Of a stretch of DNA of 64,000 bases, positions 54,035 through 64,000 are shown piece after piece. Position 1 is the stretch's first letter. Each line of letters begins with the position of its first letter. The position numbers and the translations under genes are program-made. The notes beneath the pieces are model-generated. The model was not told where the DNA came from, did not search any database, and saw nothing but the letters and a program-made list of their open reading frames with translations. This stretch comes from Halodesulfurarchaeum sp. (GTDB taxonomy: Archaea; Halobacteriota; Halobacteria; Halobacteriales; Halobacteriaceae): NCBI GenBank assembly GCA_034520565.1, contig JAXHNL010000002.1, forward strand, positions 1 through 64,000, written 5' to 3'.

Positions 54035-54937
54035 ATGTCGGAGTGGGAGCGTCAGAAAAGAGAAATCGACTTCTATAATGTGTTTCATTCAGCGCTTGCA
54101 GGGGAACCCGGTGGTTCTGGTCTGATTGATTACGGCTATAGGTTGCTAGGACCTTTCATGCCCTTGCAAGATAATCAGAATTCTGTCGAGGTTGAGCCTG
54201 ATATTTCCATTTTTGATGGGGAGACACTCTTTCTTCTTGAACTGAAGTCGGGTAGCAATATTTCGGCAAACCATTTGGAGCAGATGGATGACTACTCAAA
54301 AGTGGGCCTTGAGGCCGCTGAAGGTTTCTTAGACGATACAGGGGTATCTGACCGAAAATCTGTGGAGAGAATTGATTTCAGCATTGTATACCGAAAAGAG
54401 TTGATTGAGAAATGTAGAATGGGCCGTTTGGGTAACTGTCTTGAGAGGCTTAAGTCACTGCGACAAAAAACAGCGATTCTTACTCAAGAGAAGGGGAAGC
54501 GGCTAAAAAAGGAGGGTGGAGTCGAACTAGCTGACAGCAATTTAGAAAGGATATTGAATAACGGGATATCTTTACCGCGAGTCCCGGAGCGAGTGTTTCA
54601 TTTATCCGAAAATATGGAAAAGGAGTCAATCGCATTCTCTATTTGCCATGACATAGTAATCAATAACTTGGTGGGTAGGTTCACGCTAACTCCCGTTCAG
54701 GTCTCAAATTTCTACGGTCCTCATAGGTCCCCACCAGTTGACAGGATTAAGACTACAATGGACTATCTGAATGAGATAGGAGCTTGCACGTACAACCAAG
54801 AGGAAGGTGAGTATCTGTTTACAGAACATCATGAAGAAGAAATTCTAAACATTGAAAGTCATCTTCGAAGTCAGAGGGTGGAGGAAACTCTTTCTGGTTC
54901 AGATGATGGGCAGGCAGAACTGGTAGAGTTTTCTTAG
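54035..54937 (+). CDS. Hypothetical protein with PD-(D/E)XK nuclease-like motif
   Basis: VEPDISIFDGETLFLLELKSG...QMDDY; the C-terminal region looks like a winged helix. Confidence 0.75.
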   Translation: MSEWERQKREIDFYNVFHSALAGEPGGSGLIDYGYRLLGPFMPLQDNQNSVEVEPDISIFDGETLFLLELKSGSNISANHLEQMDDYSKVGLEAAEGFLDDTGVSDRKSVERIDFSIVYRKELIEKCRMGRLGNCLERLKSLRQKTAILTQEKGKRLKKEGGVELADSNLERILNNGISLPRVPERVFHLSENMEKESIAFSICHDIVINNLVGRFTLTPVQVSNFYGPHRSPPVDRIKTTMDYLNEIGACTYNQEEGEYLFTEHHEEEILNIESHLRSQRVEETLSGSDDGQAELVEFS

Positions 54938-55133
54938 GTACTGTATCATATAGGTTGGGTAACAACCTTGCCAAATCGATATTTTAATTCTTTTCATTGT
55001 TGACCATCCCCATCTCGACCATCCGAGTAAGGTGAGATTTTTACCAGAATTCCAGATATCAGGGTGAGTCCTAATATAATCTAAGTCATTAACTAATTCC
55101 TTCTCTTATAATTATTTGAACCCGATTAGCCAA

Positions 55134-57633
55134 TCAATTCCAATTAATATCATATTTTTGTCGACAATTACACCTCAATTCGTGGTAACCGTCAAATCTC
55201 TCATACCTAATTGATGACCCACACTCGTCACAGTACAGTAAGTCATAGGCTTCCTTATGGGCCTCAAACACTTCTTCAAATTCTGCCGGTCCGAGGGTCA
55301 ACCACTTTCCAGGTGTCCAGTGTACTCGCCGGTTTATTTTCTGTAGGTTTTGCCCCACGTTATCCAGAACACGGCCATATGCGTCATCTAATTCCCCCGC
55401 AGCTTCGAACATCTCTTCATCCTCTTCATTTTCGGGTGGATGGAGATTATCCCGGGCCTTGCCCGTCAAGTCTCCTAGGCGTCGGCTAACCGCGCTCTTG
55501 AAATCACCGACTGTGTGTCTTTGTCTTGGATCATATTCGATTTTGGCACCTATAGCTACGGCTGTTTGTTGTAGCATCCGTTCCAAAGCGTACCTGAGTT
55601 CATGGGCAGCTCGTTGGGTCTCATCATCGTCCATTGCTTCTTGAACTGTTTCCCACTGTTCTTCAACGTCAATCCGACGACGACTCTCTGTGATTCCTCC
55701 CTCAAACGACCATTCCCGCAACCATATTTGGCTACCCCCTCTAAGAACACCTTGAGATTTCAGCTGCTCTGCCCACAATTCATCATGGGTTGTAATGATT
55801 ATCTGATATTCTTCTGAAAACTCATCCGCAAGGAGTTTAGCGATTTCTAGACGGTGATCCTGATCAACGGACATCACAACGTCATCAAGCAACAACATTG
55901 AACGATTGCCTTGCTGTAAATAATCAGTCAATGCGAGATGGAGACACAGTCCATAGGTATCCAAGTGGCCCTCACTATGGATGGCATGTGGGGGATATTT
56001 CCCCGTCTCATAGAAATCCTTCTCAAGCTCCGCTCCCGTGTTGGTTATTTTGATTGAAGTCTCTGTGTCAATCTCATCGGGATGAATTCTGGCATAATAT
56101 GATTCGACGCGTTCGGCAATATCGTCATATATTTCCCCAATCACTTCTCGTCTTGCCTGTACAAACGCAGAACGAGCCTTTTCTGCAGCATCCGCAAGGA
56201 ACTCCAGTTCAGACACTCGATTACCTAATCTTTCATACTCTTCCCAATTATTTGCCAGTGTCTGGATTTTCTCATACTGCTCTTCTTTTTTGGTCAGATC
56301 TTCCAATTCATTCGCCTTTTCCACGAGAGTATCGCTGTCTTCTACCACTTCTTGGAAGTCGGCCGTTAGTTTACTATCCAATATTGAAAGAATGGGTATT
56401 TCATCGGGATCAAAACCATCTGGCTCAAGTATGTCCCCTGTTAGGAAATCAATTGTTTTGGAGACATCATCCGAGAATTCCACAAGGGATTCCCCTTCAG
56501 GATTTTCTTCAATATTCAGTTCTCTTGTGAGATATTTCAGGTGCTCTTGCCCGGATCTGAGGAAATCTTGAACATCGCTTTTCTCCTTTTCAATAGCACT
56601 CCGCAGCTCTTGAACCGACTCCAGTTCTTCTCGTCGTCTCCTAACAGCTTGAACTAACGGTCTCGATTCGGTCCACCCTTGCTCACAAAGTGGACATCGA
56701 TCAGCATCCGGTTCAATTACACTTTCTCCTAGTTCGAGTAAATCGAGATACTTTGCATCAACTTCAGAAGACTCCATTTCTCGCAACTGATTGATTTTAT
56801 CTTCAAGCGACTTTGCAGAGTTGGGAATTTTATCTTCAGCTTCCACAACCCAATCTGCAAACGACTCAAGCTCATCATGGAAGGGTTTCCTTTGGAGTGC
56901 TTCCGTTGTTGCAGTCTCCACTGGTGATTTTATTCCATCTCTAACAGTGTCTGCATCAATTTCCTTTACCGAACTTCCTTCGAAATTGGCCCGAAGTTCA
57001 TTTATTCTTGACCGGACTTTGTGACGAAGTGAGTCTGTAGCTTGTACCTCTGCATCAGTCAAATCCCTCAAACGATTACCCGTGGACTCTCTCGAGGCTT
57101 GGGATTGGTCTCTTAACTCCTCCAATTCGTCTCTCGTTCGCTTTAGACTGAGACGTCTTTTGTCGATATCGGGCAAATTCAGGAGATGTGAGAGTACCTG
57201 TCGCCGATCGCTCGGTCGAGTTAGAATCAGGTCTAACAATTCTCCTCGAGTCAGGAGGTGCTGTCCCTGATTTGCTATATTTATTATTTCCTGGAGTTTG
57301 TGAGGAAGTTTCCGTATAATGGGGTCAAGATTTCTCTACCTCGGCAGTCCTTCTAATTCGTTGTTCGGTTTCTGCATCTTGAAATGAGGCAGAAACCACA
57401 CAGGGTCCCTCAGCATCGACATTCGGTATTACTTCTGTTTCATTGATAGCCCCACTTCCCTCACCCGATAAATGTGTAACGCGATTAGTAAGTAAGAAAT
57501 CAATCGCCTCTAATATCGAACTTTTCCCTGAGCCGTTTGGACCAACAATAATCACGTTTTCCCCATCCAAACTTCTTTCAAATGTGCCCTTGACACCACG
57601 AAAATTTTCTATCGTGAGTTCGTTAAGATTCAT
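55134..57633 (-). CDS. Rad50/SbcC/RloC-like ABC ATPase with zinc hook and C-terminal HEPN-like/Zn-finger region; +1 indel near 57330
   Basis: N-part IENFRG...GPNGSGKSS; C-part CPLC, HSEGH signature, LLDDVVMSVD, IITTHD, then LRYALE, INRRVH, CDECG, CNC. Confidence 0.8.
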
Positions 57634-57814
57634 TCTCTATAGAACTCACCTCTATCAAATCATCAACCAGGTTATGAGGTACTTGGTCCGAGGTTATCGT
57701 TTCAGTGATTGTCTCGCCGATTTTTTCGTCATTAACTGTTTGTTCAATCTTTGCTCGGAATTCCTTGAAGATCTCTTCCTCAATCTCTTCGGAACTTGCA
57801 CCAGGGTCCACCAT
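57623..57814 (-). CDS. Small acidic protein overlapping the ATPase start
   Basis: 63-aa ATG ORF, Glu-rich, with an 11-nt overlap with the ATPase start. Confidence 0.6.
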   Translation of the reverse strand: MVDPGASSEEIEEEIFKEFRAKIEQTVNDEKIGETITETITSDQVPHNLVDDLIEVSSIENES

Positions 57815-57911
57815 AATTTACACGACCAACCACTCAAGAGATCGGTATAATCCTTGCCCAAAATTGGTATAATAAATTAGGCATAAATATCTGCATTTCA
57901 GTAATTTCCAG

Positions 57912-59007
57912 CTACGTTATATCTTTTAGCACCTGCTGCCGTTGCTTCATCTTATCCTCTTCAGAGCGGACGTCGTAGTGCTGATCGATGATTCCGGGAG
58001 ACACGTTACACCGGTCACTTACGACGTCCTTTGCTACTCCCGTATGCAGTAGATGGGTGATGTAACCCCGACGAATCGGGTGGGGCGAAACACTCGACGG
58101 ACACTTCGAGGCCTGGGAAGCCCCTGACACCACATCACACTCATCTGGGTCTCGATGGTGAGGACACCCAGCACCGATCTCGCAAGGCCTCGACCACTTG
58201 TAGATATACTTCCGAATGGTAGACTTCGCGGGGCGGCCTTGCGAGGTCGCCAGCAGTGGTTCTCTACCGGTATCGGCCGTCACATCCGGCCGCTGATGGT
58301 CAAGGTAATCATCGATAACCGCTACAACCACTTCGTCAATTGCCACCGGCCTCTCTCCGTTCTGCCCGTTCTTGATGGCGGTCCCAGTGTCCGGTCGGTG
58401 GTTGATGTCCAGATGGGGTACGTCCGCATCCGGATTGTAGTCCTCGATGTCCAGCGAATGTGCTGCCCCCATTCGCATCCCAGTCTCGGAGAGAATGAGC
58501 CAGATGACGTGTTCAACGGTCGCATATTCGAATAAATCGAGATAGTCCAGTATCTCCTCGGCTCTCTCGGGGTGGAGCGTGGTGTCACTGGCTTTCTCGC
58601 CGTCGGGGACGGTTGGGACATTCACCTTGTGGTAGAGTCCCTGCGAGACCGCATCGATCGATTCGCACCACTGGATGAACACCCGGAGCGTTGCCATTTG
58701 GGTCCGCTCTGAAGAGATATTGAGCCCTTCTCGACGCCAGGCCTGGAACTCGTGCATATCCCGGCCGGAGAGGTCGTTTAGATCTGTCGATCCCCTCCTC
58801 ACGACACCAATCGACGAAGAAACCCAGCCTGGACCGGTGCCCTTTGACCGTCTCCGCAGCACAGTCTCGTTTCCGGTCATCGAGATACATATCGACAGCC
58901 TTGCCAGGTGAGATGGGTTGAAGTGTCTCTCCTGACTCGTCGAGGATATCCCGTAACGTATCCTCGATATCGGACTCCTCAGCGATACTGGGGACGACGT
59001 TTGGCAC
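57912..59007 (-). CDS. Haloarchaeal tyrosine recombinase/integrase (SNJ2-like type); +1 indel near 58786
   Basis: N-part PISPGKAVDMYL...HRSRLGFFVDWC; C-part TGMRMG (R), IKNG (K), HPIRR (HxxR), HYD (Y), Cys-rich RPC..CPH insert. Confidence 0.9.
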
Positions 59008-59013
59008 TGTCGG

Positions 59014-59196
59014 TTACTCCAGGTCGTTTGAACATCTTTTGAACCGAGAACTCCGTGGCTCTTCCTCCTCGAGATAGTCTTCGAGTATCTCCCGGAGATA
59101 TTCCGACTGGTTCTTTTCGCTCTCTGCGATCTCCTTTTCGAGTTTGCGTGCCTGTTCAGGTGGCAGGCGAGTGGCGAATGCACGTAGCAGTCGTGT
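59014..59196 (-). CDS. Ribbon-helix-helix (CopG-like) small protein; start codon not identified
   Basis: Hand translation RAFATRLPPEQARKLEKEIAESEKNQSEYLREILEDYLEEE...*; stop lies 6 nt before the integrase start. Confidence 0.5.
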   Translation of the reverse strand, partial: TRLLRAFATRLPPEQARKLEKEIAESEKNQSEYLREILEDYLEEEEPRSSRFKRCSNDLE

Positions 59197-59241
59197 TCAG
59201 GTGGGAGAGAACACTACCTAGGACTATTTATCTGCCAGTTC

Positions 59242-59706
59242 ATGGACGTGACCCGAATCGAGATACATGCGAATGCGAAAGGAATCATTGGGGAGTCGCT
59301 TGTTCTTGGGAACCGAGCACTCCCCGAACCAATAGTCGACGAGCTCTTAGGGATTCTCTCCAGGCTGAACGATGTGGGAGAAAATCCTAGGCCTACTGCA
59401 CGGATTCGGCGAAGTGTCTACTTCAATGCCACTGGCGAGGACGGTGGGAAGATGTTTTGGCATTCGGATGGGCGAATCACTATCATCTGGAGTTCACAAG
59501 AAGCACAACGAAATGTGGATCATGAATTCGCGCATCCCGACATAGAAGCAGTGTTTCCAGTAGATGAGAAGACTGGACCACATGCAAAACTAGAGCGGAA
59601 GCAGCGGGAAGTCCCTCGCACAATCGGAAAAACGCCAAATGTTGCATTCCCAACTGTAATCGGAGTTACCATCGAGGAACTTCAGAGGCATTCAATGCTG
59701 ATGTGA
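59242..59706 (+). CDS. Hypothetical protein with HExxH motif
   Basis: 154 aa; GRITIIW strand followed by VDHEFAH (59521-59535). Confidence 0.5.
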   Translation: MDVTRIEIHANAKGIIGESLVLGNRALPEPIVDELLGILSRLNDVGENPRPTARIRRSVYFNATGEDGGKMFWHSDGRITIIWSSQEAQRNVDHEFAHPDIEAVFPVDEKTGPHAKLERKQREVPRTIGKTPNVAFPTVIGVTIEELQRHSMLM

Positions 59707-60206
59707 AAATCTCCACCAGGGGTTTTGAATGAGAACAGGATAATGCGGAGTTAACGACATTATCTGACAATTCAGTTCCTCAATTTGATCTCGAACCAAG
59801 ACCAAGAGTTAGCTAAGTAGGCGGCGCTGTGATCGCAAGCTTGGACATAGTCGGATTGCTTCTCGTTTCCGTGGCCCTACTCGGATTTAATCCGAGGTAG
59901 CAAACTTCTGGCCAAGAAGAGTCCCAACTTCGGGGAAGGAGAAACCGGTATTCAAAGTCTCCCTCGGGGATGGCATTTGTTTTAGTATTATCCGGCCTCC
60001 TCTTGGAGAGATCAAAGCTAATGTTACAACTCGTTATTTTGGGAAATAATTTAACGTTACAAATAATTTCTTTGATGCTGATTTACCGCCCTTAGGCACC
60101 GCTCACCGGAAGCATGTTCTCTTTATTTTCAAAATCGCCCGAGAAGGTTGTATATATGTTTGCTAACGGGGATTGGTTTGATGTGGTTGGGTTCATATTA
60201 TGACGT

Positions 60207-62792
60207 ATGAGTAATAAAGACTCTTTGCGCAATTATCAAGCGGAAGCGGCCAAATCAATTCCCAACACGTCAGGTCAGTACCGGTCGCTAGTGATGCCCA
60301 CAGGTAGTGGAAAGACCAGGGTAGCACTACAGTACGCAGATAATGAGACAAATAAAGGCAAATCCGTTGCTTACATCGTCAACAGCGATGCCCACGCAGA
60401 GCAAGTGTTAGGTGAGGCCGAAGAGATTGGGGTCTCGGCCGAACACATTCCTGGGAGTCATAATGAAGCGGTCCCTGAAGACCGTGTCGAGGATCGAGAT
60501 ATTCATATCGAAGATTATGACCTCGGATTAACAATTGGCATATTTTCATACCATGGGTATTTCTTAGGTAGCGAAGTGCCAAGATCTGATCTATTGATAG
60601 TTGATGATGCCCACGCCTTTAATGGGGAGAGTGTTTCATACTCTTCCATTGTTCTCCATCGTAACGACTGGGGGAGAAAATTTGAGACAATATTGGATCA
60701 TATCATCCGGACTAACCCATTATTAGCACAACAAATTGAAGGGTTAGAGAAGCCCGTTCATTTAAGGGGAGAGACTGTTTTGGTTCCTCCTCCAAAAACC
60801 GGCACTCAAAAAGAAGCTCTTCGCGAGTCAATCCATTCGTTGACCAGCGGGACAGGGTATGAAAAATATCTATTGAGTCAGCGGCTTGATGCATCACCTG
60901 ATTTCTTAAACTGGCCTTGTGTTGTGACGGCGAACTCTATCGTCTGGAGGCCATTTATTCTCCCCTTCGAATCATTTGGGAATCCTCCACATTCGAAAAT
61001 GTCGGAAGACGAAATGCTCCTTATGACCTCTATGCGGGACTCCGAAGAGTATCTTCAGAAACGCTTAGGCTTATCCAACCAAGTCAATACAGTTGATTTG
61101 CCCAAAAAGGCGCCAGAAATGGGTACAAGAATTGTAATTCCATATCCTGAAGTTCGATCCGCAAGCCCACCAAGTCAGAGTCACATCAATATCATTAATA
61201 AATGGACTAAGAAATTCGGGTCGATATTGGTGTCAGTTTCTTCAGACAAAGCATACGGCAGACTCGCTGGTGCAGATAATTTGTATGAAGAAATCACCCC
61301 TCTTCGATACAAATCTGCAAAAAGCATCACTGATTTTGAAGAGATTGAGGAACCGAAGATTTTAGCCCTCGTGAATCGTCCTTCAGGCATTGATATTCCT
61401 TCTGAGATTACGCAGGTTGCAATTCATCTAGAACTCCCACGTTCCACATCTGGTCATGAAAAAGTTGCGGGTGATATCGAAAAATCAGGCACAGTAGCTG
61501 ATGCTAGTTTAGCGGTGAGACTGTCTCAATTGCTAGGCCGGCTTAATAGAAGCCCAGACGACAGGAGTGTTCACCTAATTTTAGCCGGTCAACTCCCATT
61601 TAGAAGTGGTTCTGTTTTTGTCAAATCATTAGACCCAGAGGTCCTGTTGGATCTCATAATCGGCAAGAGAGGGTTCCGCAGAGATTTCGAACTTCCCGAT
61701 GACCCGGATCTAATCGCCCAAGTTATGAAATTCATATCCGGCGATGATCAGCGCCGGAGCAAGTACGCTAATGATGCCGAACAACTCAGACGATCCGTAC
61801 TGAGCGAAATTGATGACTATTCTCCAGGGGTGAATGCTCATGTGAACGCGAATTTGTTTGTTGCGCGAGGCAACTTTTCTGAGGCTGCAAAAGAGTACTC
61901 AACTTTCGCAATAGAGGCTTCAAAAGAAGACTATAATGCTCACGCTTCATTTTATGATTATCAGTCTGTTGCGTACGCCAAAGCAGAAGAGCCCAATGAG
62001 GAAGACCTGTTAGGTAGCAAGCCTGAGGCGGTTATTAATAGGTCTCTCGGAAGAAACCCACCAAGTAGTGCTTTGGTAATGGCTCTTCGTCAATTGAATG
62101 CTGGACAAAGTGAAGAGGCGTCTGACGAAGTTGAAAAATATGCTGTTGAGCTTGACCTCAAAAGGCAGTCGCATTATTCATATTTGAGTTGGGTCGAGGA
62201 TGTCAGTGATGTGATCCCGGATCAGGAAAACCGAACTGATATCAACAAATGGCAAGAGTACTGGCGAAAGAAATTGACCCAGGCCGATCATGACGATCTA
62301 CTTGATGCCTATATCGAGGCAGTTCAACTGTTAGGGACTGACACACCTCATCGAGAGCTTGACAAGAATGATGCGAAAATTGTGTGGAAATCTACAGCAG
62401 ATAGGGATTACTCCATAGCTCTTGAAATAAAAGGTTGGGATCCGGAGAAGCGGGATGACCCTCCAGAACTGAAAGAGGACAATGTTGAACAGGCAAGGAC
62501 GAATGCAGACCACGTTGATGCCGATGCAGTGTTATTAGCAACCTCAAGAAAAGGTCGACAACGGAGAGTGCCAGAGAAAGCCCGACAGATGGGGGTTTCG
62601 ATAGTTCGATATGAGACTGCGATTGCCTTTGCTGATTTGTTGGCCGAACAGTGCGTCGCTATTGAAGAGGTAGAATCTGGCAAAAAAGATTCCTCCGACA
62701 TCCCGTATCATGCCAACAACCTGAAGGAAATGTTATCTAGTTCTGGTGGCGAGATTGACTCCATAGACGTTTCTGTTCTTGGCTCAAATTAA
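60207..62792 (+). CDS. SF2 (DinG/XPD-like) helicase with C-terminal PD-(D/E)XK-like nuclease region (Hna-like architecture)
   Basis: LRNYQ Q-motif, MPTGSGKT, IVDDAH, SGIDIP, QLLGRLNRSPDD; C-terminal NDAKIVW...ALEIKG...NVEQA. Confidence 0.8.
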   Translation: MSNKDSLRNYQAEAAKSIPNTSGQYRSLVMPTGSGKTRVALQYADNETNKGKSVAYIVNSDAHAEQVLGEAEEIGVSAEHIPGSHNEAVPEDRVEDRDIHIEDYDLGLTIGIFSYHGYFLGSEVPRSDLLIVDDAHAFNGESVSYSSIVLHRNDWGRKFETILDHIIRTNPLLAQQIEGLEKPVHLRGETVLVPPPKTGTQKEALRESIHSLTSGTGYEKYLLSQRLDASPDFLNWPCVVTANSIVWRPFILPFESFGNPPHSKMSEDEMLLMTSMRDSEEYLQKRLGLSNQVNTVDLPKKAPEMGTRIVIPYPEVRSASPPSQSHINIINKWTKKFGSILVSVSSDKAYGRLAGADNLYEEITPLRYKSAKSITDFEEIEEPKILALVNRPSGIDIPSEITQVAIHLELPRSTSGHEKVAGDIEKSGTVADASLAVRLSQLLGRLNRSPDDRSVHLILAGQLPFRSGSVFVKSLDPEVLLDLIIGKRGFRRDFELPDDPDLIAQVMKFISGDDQRRSKYANDAEQLRRSVLSEIDDYSPGVNAHVNANLFVARGNFSEAAKEYSTFAIEASKEDYNAHASFYDYQSVAYAKAEEPNEEDLLGSKPEAVINRSLGRNPPSSALVMALRQLNAGQSEEASDEVEKYAVELDLKRQSHYSYLSWVEDVSDVIPDQENRTDINKWQEYWRKKLTQADHDDLLDAYIEAVQLLGTDTPHRELDKNDAKIVWKSTADRDYSIALEIKGWDPEKRDDPPELKEDNVEQARTNADHVDADAVLLATSRKGRQRRVPEKARQMGVSIVRYETAIAFADLLAEQCVAIEEVESGKKDSSDIPYHANNLKEMLSSSGGEIDSIDVSVLGSN

Positions 62793-63389
62793 TCAACCAA
62801 CCAACCTACCCGGCTTCTCCAGCTTCTTTTTCGGACTTTTTAGCCCCATGTTCTCTGCGCACAGAAATGTCCTGTATTGTGCAGCGGTAGATATGACCTC
62901 TGCAAAGAATTGTCTGGGTTTTCTAGCATGTAATACCCAGGGAACAACTCTCTTGTGGGTGAGATAGCGAGGAGAGTTTCCGGAAAGTTCCAAAGGAGAG
63001 GTGTTTGAAGGTTTGTTCACTATGAATTACACATCCTGTAAATTCGAGGTCTTTTTGAAAAATTTTTGATCACAGCCAGCCTAAGGCCAATTGAAGCTAA
63101 GTATCTTTTCCCTTCTTGAGTGCCAATGGGAGGAGAGTTCTGATTCTACAGAATTCATCGCCCTCAAACAACCAAATAGCGCTGCGCACGCTCTGCGCGT
63201 CGCACATTTACCCGCGCCCCTTAGCGGTAACTATTATTGGAGTACCTGGCGAGAGCCCGTGGCAACGGCGGTCGCCGGAGCGGTTGCTACGGGTGGAGAG
63301 CGAGCCCAGAAACGCCGGTTCGGCCTCGGCGACAGTCGCGCTGCGGTCGACCATGAGGACACGGCTGAAGGCACCGCCTGACCTCCGGC

Positions 63390-63631
63390 ACTGACTTTCC
63401 TTTGCTCCCGCACGAGTGCGCAGTTCATCGAAGGCGAGGGCCTCGATGCGGACAAGTTCGTCGAGGGTAGTGTAGAGGATGCTCGCCGTCACCGTTTTCT
63501 CGGCGAATGCGGCGGCGAGGAAGTGGTAGTAGACGCTTAGTTGTTTGCGATACTCGCTCTCAGACCGCCGACTCGCATCTGTTTTGTAGTCGACGGCTTC
63601 GACGGCCTAGTTTGGTTTCGTGGACGAGGTC
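63390..63631 (-). pseudogene. C-terminal PD-(D/E)XK fragment of a UvrD/AddA-like helicase-nuclease
   Basis: Hand translation DLVHE../VEAVDYKTDASRRSESEYRKQLSVYYH; frameshifted, with no upstream gene body. Confidence 0.65.
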
Positions 63632-63798
63632 GCGGGTAGCGAATTAATCCTAAATGGCTTCGGGCAGTGGTTCAGGAAACGGTTGAGAAGCTCAGGGGGA
63701 TGCAGTTGGCGTCGGGGAGCAAGGTAGTTAACCGTCGAGAGGGCGCTCGGGAATTTTGCGTAAGTTGATACCGGAAGATGGCCGGAAGAACGGCTTAG

Positions 63799-64000
63799 AT
63801 GAGAGCAGTCAAATCGATTCTCGAAGCGAAAAGCCTCCGAGTCGGATCGATGTCAATCGGGGAAACTGTCACCGTCGAACTCTCGAAAGAGGAGATGCTT
63901 CCACTTCATATCGAAATGATCGACGTAAACCGTCTCAGTGTCGGCCATTACTTCCGACAACGAGGTGACTTGCTTAGCGACCCCGAAGTCGTCTTCGAAA
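63799..64000 (+). CDS. DUF6908-like protein; 3' end runs off the window
   Basis: MRAVKSIL...MLPLHIE...LSVGHYFRQRGDLLSDPEVVFE. Confidence 0.6.
   Translation, partial: MRAVKSILEAKSLRVGSMSIGETVTVELSKEEMLPLHIEMIDVNRLSVGHYFRQRGDLLSDPEVVFE

Noticed and set aside
59829-60060. Possible small membrane-protein frame (VIASLDIVGLLLVSVALLGFNPR*...MAFVLVLSGLLL)
   Set aside because: It has an internal stop, is short and has no recognisable family; at best a remnant.
60081-63226. Similar short motifs ATTTACCGCCCTTAG and ATTTACCCGCGCCCCTTAG on either side of the helicase gene
   Set aside because: Too short and gapped to support att sites or target-site duplications.
62793-63381. Short ORFs downstream of the helicase
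   Set aside because: Basic or low-complexity, unlike haloarchaeal proteins, and without motifs.
1-64000. CRISPR array, tRNA or rRNA genes, integrase att site in a tRNA
   Set aside because: No regularly spaced repeats and no T-loop/cloverleaf or rRNA-like sequence recognised by eye; tRNAscan was not run.

Overview
Haloarchaeal (Halobacteria-like) accessory DNA, judged from very acidic proteins, Tat lipoproteins, HTH-10/Bat-type regulators, rdfA-sph3 and leaderless TATA promoters. No rRNA, tRNA or CRISPR array was seen. The window has three zones. (1) About 1-31.7 kb is a paralogue-rich catabolic island: Ldh_2 dehydrogenase, two AKR<>SDR modules, several amidohydrolases, MmgE/PrpD, an enolase-superfamily dehydratase, a mutarotase, two Opp/Dpp-type binding proteins with one permease/ATPase set, gdhA and twin regulators. 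(2) About 32-44.3 kb is a candidate corrinoid-dependent methyl-transfer system: non-pyrrolysine MttB-family MT1, a betaine-type binding protein, an MtaA/MtbA-like MT2, a corrinoid protein and a MetH-reactivation-like protein, interrupted by rdfA-sph3 and an aminotransferase. (3) About 44.4-64 kb is a mobile/defence hotspot: gene remnants, cysK, a sensor kinase, two convergent MNT-HEPN pairs, a structured palindromic element, an IS200/IS605-like end, two tyrosine integrases bracketing a low-GC cassette (two-gene PD-(D/E)XK module plus small protein and Rad50/RloC-like ATPase), and an SF2 helicase-nuclease. At least seven otherwise intact genes carry small indels, mostly +1, which are probably sequencing or assembly errors. 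All family assignments come from motif recognition by eye; no database searches were run.
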